This document shows positions 50,262 through 63,437 of a DNA stretch of 64,000 nt, in pieces; position 1 is the first letter of the stretch, and each line of letters starts with the position of its first letter. The notes beneath the pieces are model-generated. The model saw only the letters and a program-made list of their open reading frames with translations, did not search any database and was not told where the DNA came from. The DNA lies in contig NC_092646.1 in assembly GCF_039555335.1 (NCBI RefSeq), positions 58,010,946-58,074,945 of the forward strand, read 5' to 3'. Position numbers and translations under genes: made by a program. The DNA comes from Amphiura filiformis (taxonomy: Eukaryota).

Positions 50262-52170
50262 CCTAGGGAGTGTTCAGAAATACACTGGTGGGGGGCTGGA
50301 AAATATACACTATGACCAGCTCTTAATAGGCGGGAATTATTTGGTTTTTGTTACTGCGCTAGTCAATCAAGTTCCAACTTACGCACGCGTATATTCACAA
50401 AAGCACGCGTCTTAACGCAAAGCGCAGTTCGCGTAACTGCTGCGCCCAGCTGTGTGTCACAAACCAGTTCACACGTCTATAATACTGCTTATCTATATCA
50501 AATTATCAATGTTATGAGTCCCCGCCTATTAAGAGCTGATCAGAGTATAGGGGGTCATAAAATTTTAGGAGTTCTGAATAGGGGGGTAAAAAGTTTTGGG
50601 TGTATATGAACAGGTGGGGTTAAACAATTTTCGGTACGTAGGAGGGGGTAAAAAACTTTTGTACCAGTATTGAACCACAACAAAAGTGCATTTGATCCAG
50701 TGTTAAAAATTGCCTGGCCTCCAGACTTGTACCCGAGTCCAGCTCATCCGAGTCCGGATTGGAGTCCAAGTCCAGTGGTGACAAGTCCGAGCCAAGTCCG
50801 AGTCCAACAAAAATAAGCCCCAAGTCCAGCTCAAGTCCGGACTCGGTCAGAGTTCATGCCATTTTTTTGGGGGGAGGGGGGTCATTACTGACAAAATTTT
50901 GAAAGAAGGGGTTCATTTGGTATAACATTTTGAAAAAAAATGGATCACCGGGTGGAACATAATTTCAAAAAATGGAGCAAAATTTAATATTTTGTTTCTA
51001 ATTTAAAAATTTGACAGTTTCTGCTTTTAAATTATATGGAATTTTGAAGATAAAATTGTACAAAAAGAAGGTCATTGGTCAAAGATCACTACACCCCACC
51101 ACATATTGCTCTCCTATACAAACCCACCCTACCAAACCCCACCCCACCCCATCAACCAACCATACATATTTCACTTCAAAGACACATACATGTACAGGTA
51201 ACTCCTGAAGGTACTACATGTATCAGACCACCTGTATCAGAAAGCAGTCAGGTGGGGGTATTTGCGTGTGTGCCGGGGTACGGGTGTGACACACAGCTAC
51301 ACACTGCATGTATTGTCAACTCACAGTGCCATGCCCTATAGGTTGTGTGCAGCATACATGTAAATGAAGGGCAATGTATTCAAATATTATAGAAAAATAT
51401 CATCATCATCATCATCATCATAACTGAAAGTTACCTTTTCAGAAATATTTGGCTGTGTGATATTAATTAATATTTATAAATTATAAACATCTCAAAATTG
51501 GACAAATGTCCCAGACAAATGTGCAGTGAATAGTGAGCACACAGACACCCTAGCCCTCAGGGATGAGTACCAATTTACTGGGTGGGAGCTGAGATGTATA
51601 TGGCCCAGTCTCTCTAAAAACAAAACCGGTATGTATTTGCAACTGCAATTTCTTTTTTCGTCTGTGCCACTGTGCTACGCCCCTGAATTTTGGGCTAAAA
51701 TGGTCTAAGATTTTTGCGTGTCACCGCGCAACAAAATTCCCAGTAAAACCAGAACAAAATATACTCGTCCCCGACCCCCCTAAATTATAATGTTTCCGTC
51801 GCCACTGATTCCAATCATAAATGTATAGTTTATTAATACTCAGGGGGTTCAGTGGGTTGCATAAACATACTTATGCTACTTTAATTTGGAACATTTCCTC
51901 AATTCCACATATTCTATACCAATGAAATGAGTACTATTTCATTGCACATGAATACAAATTTTAGCATCATTAATATGTTTCCTCTGCCATTTGATGTAGA
52001 ATGGTACATTATGATGGGGGGGGGTTAAAATAGTTTTGAACCTATATGAAGGGGGGTCAAAAAAGTTGTGGGTTCGCGAAGAGGGGGGGGGTTAAAAAAA
52101 ATTTCGACATGAAAAATAATTTTTTCCAGCCCCCACCAAAGTATTTCTGAACACTCCCCTATAAAGGATC
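50262..52170. mobile_element. Putative 1.9-kb TIR element
   Basis: gggagtgttcagaaatac...ctggaaaa at 50265 is inverted relative to ttttttccagcccccaccaaagtatttctgaacactcccc at 52125-52165. There are subterminal ggggg(t)aaaaagttttg repeats. Confidence 0.4.
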
Positions 52171-55100
52171 CACAGGCTGTAAGATTCCACTGCCCCTATT
52201 AAATACATGATAAAAGGCTACCAAAAACTTTCATAATTTTGTAAAAAACTTAACAATTTTATGTTAAAAAGTATTTAGAGAGAACTTAGAATGTGTGAAA
52301 ATTTGAAGACCCAATTTTGAAAAAACCTTATTTCCCAGGGAAAGATCTGAGAGCAGGCCACACCATGACCAGATGATTAAACTAAGCCATGCAGTATGTA
52401 TTTCTCAAACACTATCCATAGTTTGTTCTTATTAAGCCCATTGCACGGTTCTGCCATTCATGCAAGGAGAGCCTCGATCTGGCAGCATGCATGAATGGGA
52501 ATTGAACCAGTCATATAACATTGCGTAAAGTTACGTAATACTTCCTTTCATGTCTATTGCCAGTTCAAAGTTCTCCTCGCATATGGCGGAATGGTGCAAT
52601 AGGCGAATTGAACATGTTGAATGGGTTCTATGGATGAAGGAGGCATGGACTCCAACATGTTTCTTTGCATCTGGGCCAGTGATTTATAACAAAACTGTAT
52701 CTTCAGGCAATACTGAATTTTGTGCTTGTTATTTTGTTGCAATTTTTGCCTAAGTCACTTGTGTGGGTGTGCATGCATATTTTCCTCATCATGTTCATTT
52801 GCTATTTTTAAATGATTAATTTCAGTATGCTTAAATTTATACATGTACATCTCTTGTCTTTTATTTTCTGGGGTATTAACTATAATAAGGGTCTGGTTTT
52901 TGTTTTATTATTCAGGTGCAGATCACTTCAGATCACAGAAGACTTGTACATGTATCAATCGAGGACATGTTTTCTGCATATTGATCATCATTAAATACAT
53001 GTAAATTGATGTAATGCTGCAATACATAAAGGCACCCTGGTGGAAGGTGTCAGAAGTCACAACTGACAGAAATTTATGCAATGAAATTGCTATTTTGACC
53101 AGACTAATAACAGAACAAAATTAATGTAAGTGTGAATCGCTGAATTACTGTAAGTCACAATGTATGGTTTTAAATGAATTTCTTTATCAAACCTGATTTG
53201 TTTTGCATATATTTGTTTACACATGTCCCATCTTAATGAAATCCAGCCAAGTTCATCAATTGTGCCTGAAGGACAACAGAGCAATTTAAAGATATTAAAT
53301 CTCCTACAAAACACCACAGTTAAGCAGTAAGTGCATGGGTAAGATATAGTAAACTTGTGGATTTGCTGACCAAATTCATTTGCCCGGTACCGTAATTAAG
53401 TTGTTCTGGGACACCCTGTACATCTACATGTATGTATTTTCTCAAATGCATTGCTAGAATTGGTATGGTACCCTTCTTTGGTAGCAAATTATCCACCCTC
53501 TTTTCTGTCATGGACTAGTAAAGGTGGGTGACTAGATTGCCAGCCTCATCCCGGAGCCTCATCCCCCCACTTAATTGGTATCCCATCAGTATGCAGATTT
53601 TGTTATCAGGTGAAATCTCATAATTTCTCATAACCCCAGTGAAATTTTAGGACTGAAATAGATAGTTGAGGCAGTATGAACAAAAACATGGTAGTTGAGT
53701 GGTTATAACCCCAGTAACAGGGCGCAAATTTGCCTGCCCTTTTTAGATCGGCCGAAGGAAAAGACCTTATGGCATCATGAGCACAGCATTTTTATACAGT
53801 TAGTTTGGAATTGGGTGGAGTTAAAAATGGGTCCAGAGCATAAAATCTCAAAACAGCGCCCTCTCCCGAGGGACGGATAACCTTGTGGACAGTTCGCTAT
53901 GGTCACGAAATTTACAGGGTAGAATTATGTTGATCCACCCTTACCGTGTGCTATTAGGCAACTTCCTATTGAAACTCCTTCAAGATGTACTGTTCTATGA
54001 AAAACTGGAATACAGATAATTCTAGAATCCAAATCACTGGAGCAAATTTGGAATAAGAATGTTTGGGTGACGTGCCTCAATATGAGGTAGAAAACAAAAA
54101 GTGTTACACTTGGACCACAATCTGGTCACACACCCTCAAGATTTTTAATGATGTTGATTTCAAAATATCATTGAACAACAAGGTTTAAAATAGTCGGGGT
54201 TGTTGTCTACTGAAGATAACACTATGCTTGAAATATCATTAGTGAGTAGTGTAATGTAACAAATAAGATGGACTGTAAAAATAATACATAGGATTGAAAG
54301 TGCAGCCTGGGAAGTGCAAGGATTTTAAGAACATTTTACACTATAACTTGACAGGCTTCAGCTGTGGATAACAATAATTTCACAGGCTTCTGCTGTGGAT
54401 AATAATAATGAAATTGTCCAACAACTCTGTTTATAACTTTTGTATCAATATTGTTATTTTGTTGTTTCAGAAAGGACCGTCAGAAAGTACCATGACTTGA
54501 TCAACAGCGTTGACAGTGCCATGGTGGCAGTGAAAGTAGTCGATTGGGATCACTGAAAATCAATATCATGGAGACCTCACATCTTCCACTGTAATGCTTG
54601 TTAAAATGCTCGGACTCTACATATCCTTAGCCTTCACTATGATAGGAATGCATGCCTTTCAGACCAATTGCAGCTACATGTACCAACCAGGCTGGAATGC
54701 CTTGGACACTTGAACACAAAGTGGAAATATACTAGTACCTTTATTTCCAAGCAAGTAAATGTGAAGCTGGAAAATGTGGAAAATAGACTTTTAAACTCAA
54801 AAATTTCAGAAAACTGTTGGTGTTCTACATACACAATCAGTATCATGACTTCCAATTGGTGGAGAATCAGGAAAGCAATCACTTTATTGCACAAATATTC
54901 TCACAGGATAGATTAGCAGAATATAATAAGGTGGTTGAAAATCCTCAGTAATGCTATGAAACATTTTTAATTCTGGATTGTGAGGGTAACAGATTATCTG
55001 ATTAAGAAATAAAGGGTAAATCCGTCACTCGGCGGAAAAGCCTCATATGCACTTTTGGCCATTGAACATATGAATAAAGCCTTGTAGGTGTAGACTTTAT

Positions 55101-56299
55101 ATTGAAGAGTTTGCTTCATCCATGTTCAAGGGCCAAAGTACATGCAGGAAAAAAGTCATATTTACTTTTGGCCCTTGAACATGGATAAAGCCTTGTAGGT
55201 GTAGACTTTATATTGAAGGGTTTGCTTCATCCATATTCAGGGGCCAAATGTACATATGACAAAATATTTATACTACCCTAAAATCAGAAAGGTTCTACAT
55301 GAAATAAACTTGAGACTGAAAAGAAGACTGAAAAGAAGCATGATCATTTATTATGCACCAAACATGAAGGTACATGTTTTATACATTTATGTCACTCTAG
55401 GATTTATGACACCTAATGATGATATTAATGGTTCAATCCTAAATACTGAAGGTCAAATCTATTAAAAAGCAGATTTAAGATAAGATGTGAAAATTGCAAT
55501 TTTGTTCAAACCTAATACAAGGTTGATTTTTAAATTTCAATTATATTTGAAATAACTGCACTTCATTGAGCGAGTCTCAGTCTCCATTATTTTTTTAGGT
55601 CAAGTAAAATAACATGTATATTGTCCCTTCCCTCATCCATTTTTGGCAATTTGTTCAAGCTAGTGGTAGTAATACCGTCAAAAATATCAGGGCCTCCACA
55701 TTTTTATGTGTTGACAAAGCCTTTGCAATTGAAATTTTACACAGAAATGAATAGTAAATTTGTAACAAATAATAACTGCTTCCAGACAATATACATGTTA
55801 TTTATTTTACTTGGCCTTAATATGTAATCTTCCAGGACTTATCAGGCAAATATAATAACCCTGGAATTACGGGCTATTGGGCTATGTGATTGCAAATTGT
55901 TTTTATTAATGCCTTTTTTAATAAAAATTTGGGCCAAAAAAAAACCTGTTTATATTTTTTTTGGGGGGATTTTCTCCAAAAAATAGTATTTTTGCCTAAA
56001 TTTGACCTCACAGATGAATCCATCAAGTTATGAGGATGAGGCCCAAAAATGTTCATAATTCCTGGGTTAAAACCACCCATTAACTCTTTCAATGACATTG
56101 TAAAAAACAAAAAGGGGGTTCAAGGCTTATTTGGGGATTTTTGTACGGGGATGTACCACACTTTCAGATGCTGATTCTACCTACTTCTTGCTGTTTTTAC
56201 CACCCCGTCAGTATACTAATTGCCTTGGGCGCTTTTAGGGGCACTTGTGGTGGGGTCTCCCCTGTCAGTCCGAAACACCGTCAATCCGAACCCCTGTCA

Positions 56300-58320
56300 G
56301 TTCGAAAGTCATTTCAGAAAGAAACAAATTTTGCATAATTTCAGAAAAGGAACTTTTTACAAAGACGTCATTTCAGAAAAAGGCGACTTTTTTAAAAGGA
56401 TGTCATTTCAGTAAAAGTGATTTTTTTAAAAGATGTCATTTGAGAAAAGGCAACTTTTAGTCAGAAAAAAAAATATATTTAAAGACATTTAAAAAATTGG
56501 TGACTTTTTATTTAAAAAGAAGTCATTTCAGAAAAAAGCGACTCTTTTTAAAGACGTCATTCCAGAAAAAAAGGTGCTTTTAAAAGACATTATTTTAGAA
56601 AAGGTGACTTAAAAAGAAGACATCATTTCAGAAAAAGGCGACTTTTTCAAAAAGAGACGTCATTTCAGAAAAAAGGTTGACTTTTTAAAAAGATGTCATT
56701 TGAGAAAAAAGGCTACATTTTATAAAAAGATGTCATTTCATAAAAGGCGATTTTTTTTTTTAAATACGCCATTTTAGAAAAGGCAACTTTTTCGGAAAGA
56801 TGTCATTTTTAAAAAGACGTCATTTCAGAAAAAGGTGACCTTTTTAAAAAGACGTGATTTCAGAAAAAGCGACCTTTTTTAAAAAGACATTTCAGAAAAA
56901 GGTGGCTTTTAAAAAGATGTCATTTGAGAAAAAGGCTACTTTTTATTTTAAAAGATGTCATTTCAGAAAAAGGCGACTTTAAAAGACATTTCAGAAAAAG
57001 GCAGCTGTTTTAAAAAGAGATTTCGTAAAAAAGCGACTTTTTAAAAAGACATTTCAGAAAAAAATGTGACTTTTTATAAAGACGCCATTTCAGAAAAATG
57101 TGACTTTAAAAACGTCATTTTAGGGAAAAGGCTCACTTTTTTAAAAACGTCATTTCAGAAAAAAAGGCGACTTTTTTAAAAAGATGTCATTTCAGAAAAA
57201 GCAACCTTTTTAAAGACATTTCAGAAAAAAGGGGACTTTTTAAAAAGATGTCATTTGAAAAAAAGGCTACTTTTTATTTTAAAAGATGTCATTTGAAAAA
57301 AAGGCTACTTTTTATTTTAAAAGATGTCATTTCAGAAAAAGGCGACTTTTTTAAAGATATTTTAGAAAATGGCGGCTATTTTAAAAAGACATTTCAGACC
57401 TTTTGTAAAAAGACATTTCAGAAAAAGGTAACTTTTAAAAGACATTTCAGAAAAAGGCGGCTGTTTTAAAAAAAGACATTTAGAAAAAACGCGACTTTTT
57501 AAAGACGTCATTTAAGGAAAAAAACAGGAAAAAACAACTTTTAAAGACGTCATTTCAGAAAACGGTGACTTTTAAAAGACATTTCAGAAAAAGGCAGCTG
57601 TTTTAAAAAGACATTTCATAAAAAACTACTTTTAAAAAAAACATTTCGGAAAAAAAATGTGACTTTTTATAAAGACGCCATTTCAGAAAAAAAGGTGACT
57701 TTTTTAAAAAGATGTCATTTCAGAAAAAGCGACCTTTTTAAAGACATTTCAGAAAAAAGGTGACTTTTTTAAAAAGATGTCATTTGAAAAAAAGGCTACT
57801 TTGTATTTTAAAAGATGTCATTTGAAAAAAAGGCTACTTTATATTTTATAGATGTCATATCAGAAAAAAGCAACTTTTTTAAAAAGATGTCATTTCAGAA
57901 AAAATTTGACTTTTTTTAAAGACGTCATGTCAGGAAAAAAAAGCAGACATTTCAGAAAGGCGACTTTTTATAAAGACGCCATTTCAGAAAAATGTCACTT
58001 TTTAAAGACGTCATTTTAGGGAAAAGGCGACTTTTTAAAAAAGATGTCATTTCAGAAAAGAAGAAACTTTTTAAAAAAGACGTCATTTCAGAAAAAGGCG
58101 ACTTTTTTTAAAAAGTCGTCATTTCAGAAAAAAGGCAACTTCAGTAAAAAGACGTCATTTCAGAAAAAAAAGTGATTTTTTCAAAGATATTCTTTAAAAA
58201 TGCGACTTTTTAAAGACGTTATTTCAGGGCAAAGGCAATTTTTTTAAAGACATCATTTCAGAAAAAGGAGACTTTTTTAAAGATGTCATTTCAGAAAACA
58301 AAAAGCAAGACTTCCTTTTT
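56300..58320. repeat. Satellite C: about 35-bp minisatellite (aaagacgtcatttcagaaaaaggcgacttttttaa) x about 55
   Basis: The periodicity is clear. Most units carry GACGTCA, which is 7 of 8 positions of the CRE palindrome TGACGTCA. Confidence 0.85.
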
Positions 58321-59526
58321 GGCAGAACCCCAAAAGTCCGAAGCCATGTCAGTCCGAAACCCCGCTAAACACAGGGGCTAAACAAAAACGACTTAGATGA
58401 AAAAAAGATGGCATTTTAGGAAAAAAGCTTAGGCCTTTTTTTTTTTTTATAAAGACGTATTTTTAGGAAAATGCTACTTTTCATAAAAAAGCAACCTTTT
58501 AAATTAAAAAACGACTTTTAGTAAAAATTATTTTTTGTCGGAACCCCATCAGTCTAAAACCCCACATCGTTTTTGTAAAAAAAAAATTATAAAGACTTTA
58601 GTTTTAGAAAAAGGCTTAACATTGACAAAAAAGAGATAGTGAAATTTCCGATTCACACCTTTAAAATATGGCCTAGCCTAAAATGGATTTTTTATTTACA
58701 AATAGGCCTATGGCCTAGCTCAAAAATTGCCTTGCACTTGCTTTTTCACTGAGAAAGAACACTGATCGAAACCGTTAAACTAATAGGCCTAGGCCTAAGC
58801 TGATCCAAATAAATTGCATTTCGGCTACACACAAGGCATGTACTGTAGGCCTACCGTATCATTTTTTTGAAGGCCGTTACCATTTACAACTCTCATTGTA
58901 CTGATTCCTTATTTAGGCCTACTCGAACGTTCAAAAAATAGGGTGTTACATAATTTATACACTATATATATACAGTACAAGTTGGAATAGACATATAGTC
59001 TTGTAGACGTAGGCCTGGTATTCGTGCATTTGCTATGCCTATGCGTATGCATGAGGCTTGGCAAAGCCAGGCTTGTTTTTAATATAAATTGCTTAAAAGT
59101 TGCAATTTATATTATACGAAGGCTCAGCATCGGGGCCTATAATTCATATCCACAACGAGGAAGTTCTAATATTATTTAAAAGCCTAAAAACTGGCTTCCA
59201 AATCCAGACGCGTGAACATGGTGAAACGGGTGAAAAAACTCAAAACATAATTGATTGGGAACTGTTTCGCTAGTACGAGCGCGTCACCCACAAGTACTTG
59301 GCCAGATCTGGTGAAATAATTACTGGGCCAGTCAAAGTCGGCTGGCACTAGGCACAGATCCGGCGCAATTGCGAGCCCAATACGTGGCGCTAGTAGTTGC
59401 CCAGTACTAGCCGACTTTGTCTTGCCCAGTGCTAGCGCTGACTTTTTCTAGCCCAGTACTGGTGCTAGTACTGGGCGAGTGATAAAGCGGCTTATTACTG
59501 GCCCAGTACTGGTAGAAGTTAGCTGT

Positions 59527-60960
59527 GTACACAATGTGTTACACTTGGACCACAATCTGGTCATGCACCTTTAACTCCAAACTCAGAATACGAATGTTTG
59601 GGTGATTGGCCTCAATGTGAGGTAGAATACACAATGTGTTACACTTGGATCACAATCTGGTCATGCACCTTTAAGGGTGATTGGCCTCAATGTGAGGTAG
59701 AATACACAATGTGTTACACTTGGACCACAATCTGGTCATGCACCTTTAACTCCAAACTCAGAATAAGAATGTTTGGGTGATTGGCCTCAATGTGAGGTAG
59801 AATACACAATGTGTTACACTTGGACCACAATCTGGTCATGCACCTTTAACTCCAAACTCAGAATAAGAATGTTTGGGTGATTGGCCTCAATGTGAGGTAG
59901 AATACACAATGTGTTACACTTGGATCACAATCTGGTCATGCACCTTTAAGGGTGATTGGCCTCAATGTGAGGTAGAATACACAATGTGTTACACTTGGAC
60001 CACAATCTGGTCATGCACCTTTAACTCCAAACTCAGAATAAGAATGTTTGGGTGATTGGCCTCAATGTGAGGTAGAATACACAATGTGTTACACTTGGAC
60101 CACAATCTGGTCATGCACCTTTAACTCCAAACTCAGAATAAGAATGTTTGGGTGATTGGCCTCAATGTGAGGTAGAATACACAATGTGTTACACTTGGAT
60201 CACAATCTGGTCATGCACCTTTAAGGGTGATTGGCCTCAATGTGAGGTAGAATACACAATGTGTTACACTTGGACCACAATCTGGTCATGCACCTTTAAC
60301 TCCAAACTCAGAATATGAATGTTTGGGTGATTGGCCTCAATGTGAGGTAGAATACACAATGTGTTACACTTGGACCACAATCTGGCCATGCACCTTTAAC
60401 TCCAAACTCAGAATATGAATGTTTGGGTGATTGGCCTCAATGTGAGGTAGAATACACAATGTGTTACACTTGGACCACAATCTGGTCATGCACCTTTAAC
60501 TCCAAACTCAGAATAAGAATGTTTGGGTGATTGGCCTCAATGTGAGGTAGAATACACAATGTGTTACACTTGGATCACAATCTGGTCATGCACCTTTAAG
60601 GGTGATTGGCCTCAATGTGAGGTAGAATACACAATGTGTTACACTTGGACCACAATCTGGTCATGCACCTTTAACTCCAAACTCAGAATATGAATGTTTG
60701 GGTGATTGGCCTCAATGTGAGGTAGAATACACAATGTGTTACACTTGGATCACAATCTGGTCATGCACCTTTAACTCCAAACTCAGAATATGAATGTTTG
60801 GGTGATTGGCCTCAATGTGAGGTAGAATACACAATGTGTTACACTTGGACCACAATCTGGTCATGCACCTTTAACTCCAAACTCAGAATATGAATGTTTG
60901 GGTGATTGGCCTCAATGTGAGGTAGAATAGAATAGAATAGAATAGAATAGAATAGAATAG
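59527..60960. repeat. Satellite A, block 2, ending in (GAATA)7
   Basis: Same unit; the microsatellite lies at 60925-60960. Confidence 0.9.
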
Positions 60961-61215
60961 ATTTATTAGTGGAGGCGCACTCCAAACACAATCTTACATG
61001 GCAGTGTAACCAAGCTCAACATGACCGAAAAAATGTATGAACCATATCACTTCGCAGCAAAACTGCAGCCACAAAAAGGCGCAAACTGACAAGGTTACAC
61101 AACCTTGAAGTGATATAGAAAATACATTAGTACAATTGAGCAGAATTACACTGAATTGCATAAAATTGGTGACAAAAACACAAACAAGCAAAACAAAAAG
61201 GATAAAAACTGAAAG

Positions 61216-61557
61216 TTATGAACCACCACAAGGGTGGCAATTGTCTCGATGACAAGGCCAATGTTCAGATTGATGACGAGTTGAACAGTACTTTACAGTT
61301 TTACATCTAGCACAAAAACGGAGACCAAACTTGTTTGACGAATCTGCCGAGCAAGTAGGCAGAGCACAAAAATGCAATGAGTCATTGGCGTCCGGAATTC
61401 CAGGAGTAACCATAGAAACGCATGGCAAAGATGGTGTCAAAAGTTCAGAATTGGTTGCATATGTTGAAATTGATGATGAATTACTTGAAATTGGAGTTGA
61501 AATCTCACAATGTGTTACACAATGTGTAACACAAATGTGTAACAATGTGTAATACAC
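61216..61557 (-). CDS. ORF ending in a MYND-type zinc finger (CALPTC...FCARCKTVKYCSTRHQSEHWPCHRDNC)
   Basis: The spacing C-x4-C...C-x2-C...YCS-x2-HQ-x3-W-x2-H-x3-C fits the MYND consensus; it is the HQ variant seen in the EGLN-type MYND. The ORF lies between satellite blocks and its N-terminus derives from satellite-like sequence. Confidence 0.4.
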   Translation of the reverse strand: MYYTLLHICVTHCVTHCEISTPISSNSSSISTYATNSELLTPSLPCVSMVTPGIPDANDSLHFCALPTCSADSSNKFGLRFCARCKTVKYCSTRHQSEHWPCHRDNCHPCGGS

Positions 61558-62405
61558 AATGTGTTACACTTGGACCACAATCTGGTCATGCACCTTTAAC
61601 TCCAAACTCAGAATATGAATGTTTGGGTGATTGGCCTCAATGTGAGGTAGAATACACAATGTGTTACACTTGGACCACAATCTGGTCATGCACCTTTAAC
61701 TCCAAACTCAGAATATGAATGTTTGGGTGATTGGCCTCAATGTGAGGTAGAATACACAATGTGTTACACTTGGACCACAATCTGGTCATGCACCTTTAAC
61801 TCCAAACTCAGAATACGAATGTTTGGGTGATTGGCCTCAATGTGAGGTAGAATACACAATGTGTTACACTTGGACCACAATCTGGTCATGCACCTTTAAC
61901 TCCAAACTCAGAATATGAATGTTTGGGTGATTGGCCTCAATGTGAGGTAGAATACACAATGTGTTACACTTGGACCACAATCTGGTCATGCACCTTTAAC
62001 TCCAAACTCAGAATAGGAATGTTTGGGTGATTGGCCTCAATGTGAGGTAGAATACACAATGTGTTACACTTGGACCACAATCTGGTCATGCACCTTTAAC
62101 TCCAAACTCAGAATACGAATGTTTGGGTGATTGGCCTCAATGTGAGGTAGAATACACAATGTGTTACACTTGGACCACAATCTGGTCATACACCTTTAAG
62201 TTAGTGTTTTCTATATCCATGGTGATTGGCCTCAATGTGAGGTAGAATACACAATGTGTTACACTTGGACCACAATCTGCACCTTTAAGTTAATGTTTTC
62301 TATATCCATGGTGATTGGCCTCAAGGTGAGGTAGAATACACAATGTGTTACACTTGGACCACAATCTGGTCATACACCTTTAAGTTAGTGTTTTCTATAT
62401 CCATA
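61551..62405. repeat. Satellite A, block 3 (uniform 100-bp units with degenerate terminal units); it abuts the donor of the vWA exon at 62461
   Basis: Same unit. Confidence 0.9.
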
Positions 62406-62460
62406 GTAATTCCAGACAATAATAAATAACAAAGCTACTTCCATTTTTACCTTAGTACAA

Positions 62461-62721
62461 AATGGCACATATCCATAGACAACTTGTCGAGATCCACTAA
62501 ACAATGAAGTGATCTGACTGGGTGCTTGAATTGGTCTTGGTGCGTGGTTATCAAACTGTTGCCATTCCACACTGACTGATGTCAACACCGGATGAGAAGA
62601 TTTGTTCAGTTGAGACTTGATCTTTCCTTCCCATTTGGATTTCACTTTGCTGTCAAAGAACTGGAATGCTCCAGCACCGACTCGTGCAAGCGCCCTCAGT
62701 AGATGACGATTGGCTGTGGAA
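62461..62721 (-). CDS. Next exon of the VWA5A-like gene (SSTANRHLLRALARVGAGAFQFFDSKVKSKWEGKIKSQLNKSSHPVLTSVSVEWQQFDNHAPRPIQAPSQITSLFSGSRQVVYGYVPFCTK)
   Basis: Its phase is compatible with the exon at 63126. The acceptor is atttatctcag| and the donor AAG|gtaaaa. It encodes the end of the vWA domain plus following conserved region. Confidence 0.65.
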
Positions 62722-63125
62722 CTGAGATAAATGCCATAAAACACAATTACCAAAAAAAGACCGAAACCTTATTTCTTTCTCTCTTACAGTTACAGTTGAT
62801 CGCTGAACAATAGGCCCTCAATTCACTCAACAAGGGAGGCGGCTTACGTCACAACTTGGCAGAAGATCCCTCAGAGGTTTGGCTCATCTTGACCTGTGGC
62901 ACAACATCCGCATCACAAGTCAACAAACTTTTGCCATGCTAACATCAGTGGGCCTGATGATGCATCCGAGATAAGATGTGAAATATTGCCACTCATCAAA
63001 ACATAAGTCCAGTAGATCAAATTATAATATCTCAATGCAAGTTCATACTTTCGTATAATACATATAGTTCAAAAAATGTGTATTTCACGATAAGTTTTCA
63101 GTTTTAATTATCAAGACATTCTCAC

Positions 63126-63384
63126 CTGACACCAAATGTAAACAAGCGAGTATACATAGCGTTGTCATGTACGGCATTCAATGTAGCTTCTTCATTGTTG
63201 ATGTGCCCGTCAGATATCAAGAACACATTCCGCAGTGTCTCCGCTTTGAGTAAAAAGTAAGCATGTAATGGATGCCAGGCTTCTGTGCTACCCATGGAAG
63301 CCTCTAAGCTGTTGACGAATGTCTGGGCTTTCTTTGTGTTGATGTCATTCTTGGGTTGGCTGCTTGCGAAAAGTTCATCAAATG
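63126..63384 (-). CDS. vWA-domain exon of a VWA5A/ITIH/PARP4-family gene (FDELFASSQPKNDINTKKAQTFVNSLEASMGSTEAWHPLHAYFLLKAETLRNVFLISDGHINNEEATLNAVHDNAMYTRLFTFGV)
   Basis: LEASMGSTE...PL and VFLISDG...RLFTFG match the vWA motifs of the ITIH/VWA5A family (ADMGGTEI..PL and FLLTDG...FsFGIG). The acceptor is cactcccag| and the donor CAG|gtgaga. Confidence 0.7.
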
Positions 63385-63437
63385 CTGGGAGTGAAGACAA
63401 TAATATTGGTGAGTAGATTAGATTCATGAATATTTAA

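Noticed and set aside
44150-62405. Regularly spaced direct repeats superficially resembling CRISPR arrays
   Set aside because: The context is eukaryotic (spliced genes, SINEs). The units are contiguous with no unique spacers, the period is 75-100 bp with no cas genes, and the repeats are not palindromic in the CRISPR manner.
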